Shown in pieces: positions 63,491 to 64,000 of a stretch of 64,000 bases of DNA; position 1 is the stretch's first letter; each line of letters starts with the position of its first letter. The DNA is from Camelus dromedarius (taxonomy: Eukaryota). The position numbers and the translations under genes were made by a program. The notes beneath the pieces were generated by a model. It was not told the DNA's origin. It saw nothing but the letters and a program-made list of their open reading frames with translations, and did no database searches. The stretch covers positions 83,764,001 through 83,828,000 of the forward strand of contig NC_087437.1 in the NCBI RefSeq assembly GCF_036321535.1. Direction: 5' to 3'.

Positions 63491-64000
63491 CTTCCTTAAA
63501 GAAATGTTTTGATTAACAAACAGAGAAGGAAAGAAATAGAAAAAATCACCATTAGAATACAACAGTAGTAACTGCTGCAGGCAAGATCTACTGTGGATGT
63601 TGAATTAACAGGAAAGAGTTTGAGGAAAAACAAGGTATTTGCATAGTCTAAATTAGCTTCCCCCAAACATATATTAGTGACAAAAGGAGAAAAGTAACTT
63701 TTCAGTGAAGTAGTCTGGAAGATACCACCCTTAATCAAGTGATCCATGTTGGCACCCCTAGGAATACTGCATGTGAACACCATGTATCCCCTGATATAAT
63801 GCCCTAAAGAGAGGATACAATCCTTGTGATTGTCCTGCCAAAAATGCATAACCACAAACCAAATCATGAAAAAACAGAGGACACACCCAAACTAAGGAAC
63901 ATTCTACAAAATCACTGGCTAGTACTCTTGAAAAGTGTCAAGGACATAAAAGACAAGTAACGACGCAGAGCTGTCACAGATCAGCCACAGACTGGAATAA
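63490..64000 (+). mobile_element. L1MC4-like 3' UTR, runs off the window
   Basis: ccacccttaatcaagtgatc...cctgccaaaaatgcataacc...acattctacaaaatcactggctagtactcttgaaaagtgtcaagg. Confidence 0.75.

Larger units (their letters stand above)
17091..64000 (-). other. EPHA6: 3' part of a very large EPHA6 intron (over 46 kb); the upstream GEFGEV...HPNIIRLEGVVTK exon is not in the window
   Basis: No Eph kinase subdomain I-IV peptide seen in the ORF track or by reading; the region is repeat-dominated. Confidence 0.8.

Overview
AT-rich mammalian genomic DNA lying inside the EPHA6 gene (Eph receptor tyrosine kinase A6), transcribed on the minus strand. The repeat content suggests a cetartiodactyl, most plausibly a camelid; this is inference. 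Two coding exons are clear. A 126-nt exon (16965-17090) encodes the EPHA6-specific proline/glycine-rich kinase insert, and a 62-nt exon (2124-2185) encodes the gatekeeper/hinge segment RPVMIVVEYMENGSLDSFLR. The rest is intron filled with interspersed repeats: MIR, L2, L1M, MLT1, hAT and mariner MITEs, two solo ERV LTRs with intact target-site duplications, and decayed L1 copies. Nearly all ORFs in the supplied track are spurious or L1 debris. I see no evidence for a novel multi-gene system. The most interesting signals are two well-formed candidate stop-containing (poison) cassette exons flanking the 62-nt kinase exon, one with a tandem acceptor that would switch it to an in-frame 14-aa insert. 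Others are an everted pair of perfect NR4A elements and several clear transposition scars. Repeat family names come from recalled consensus sequences and repeat boundaries are approximate unless a TSD is cited.
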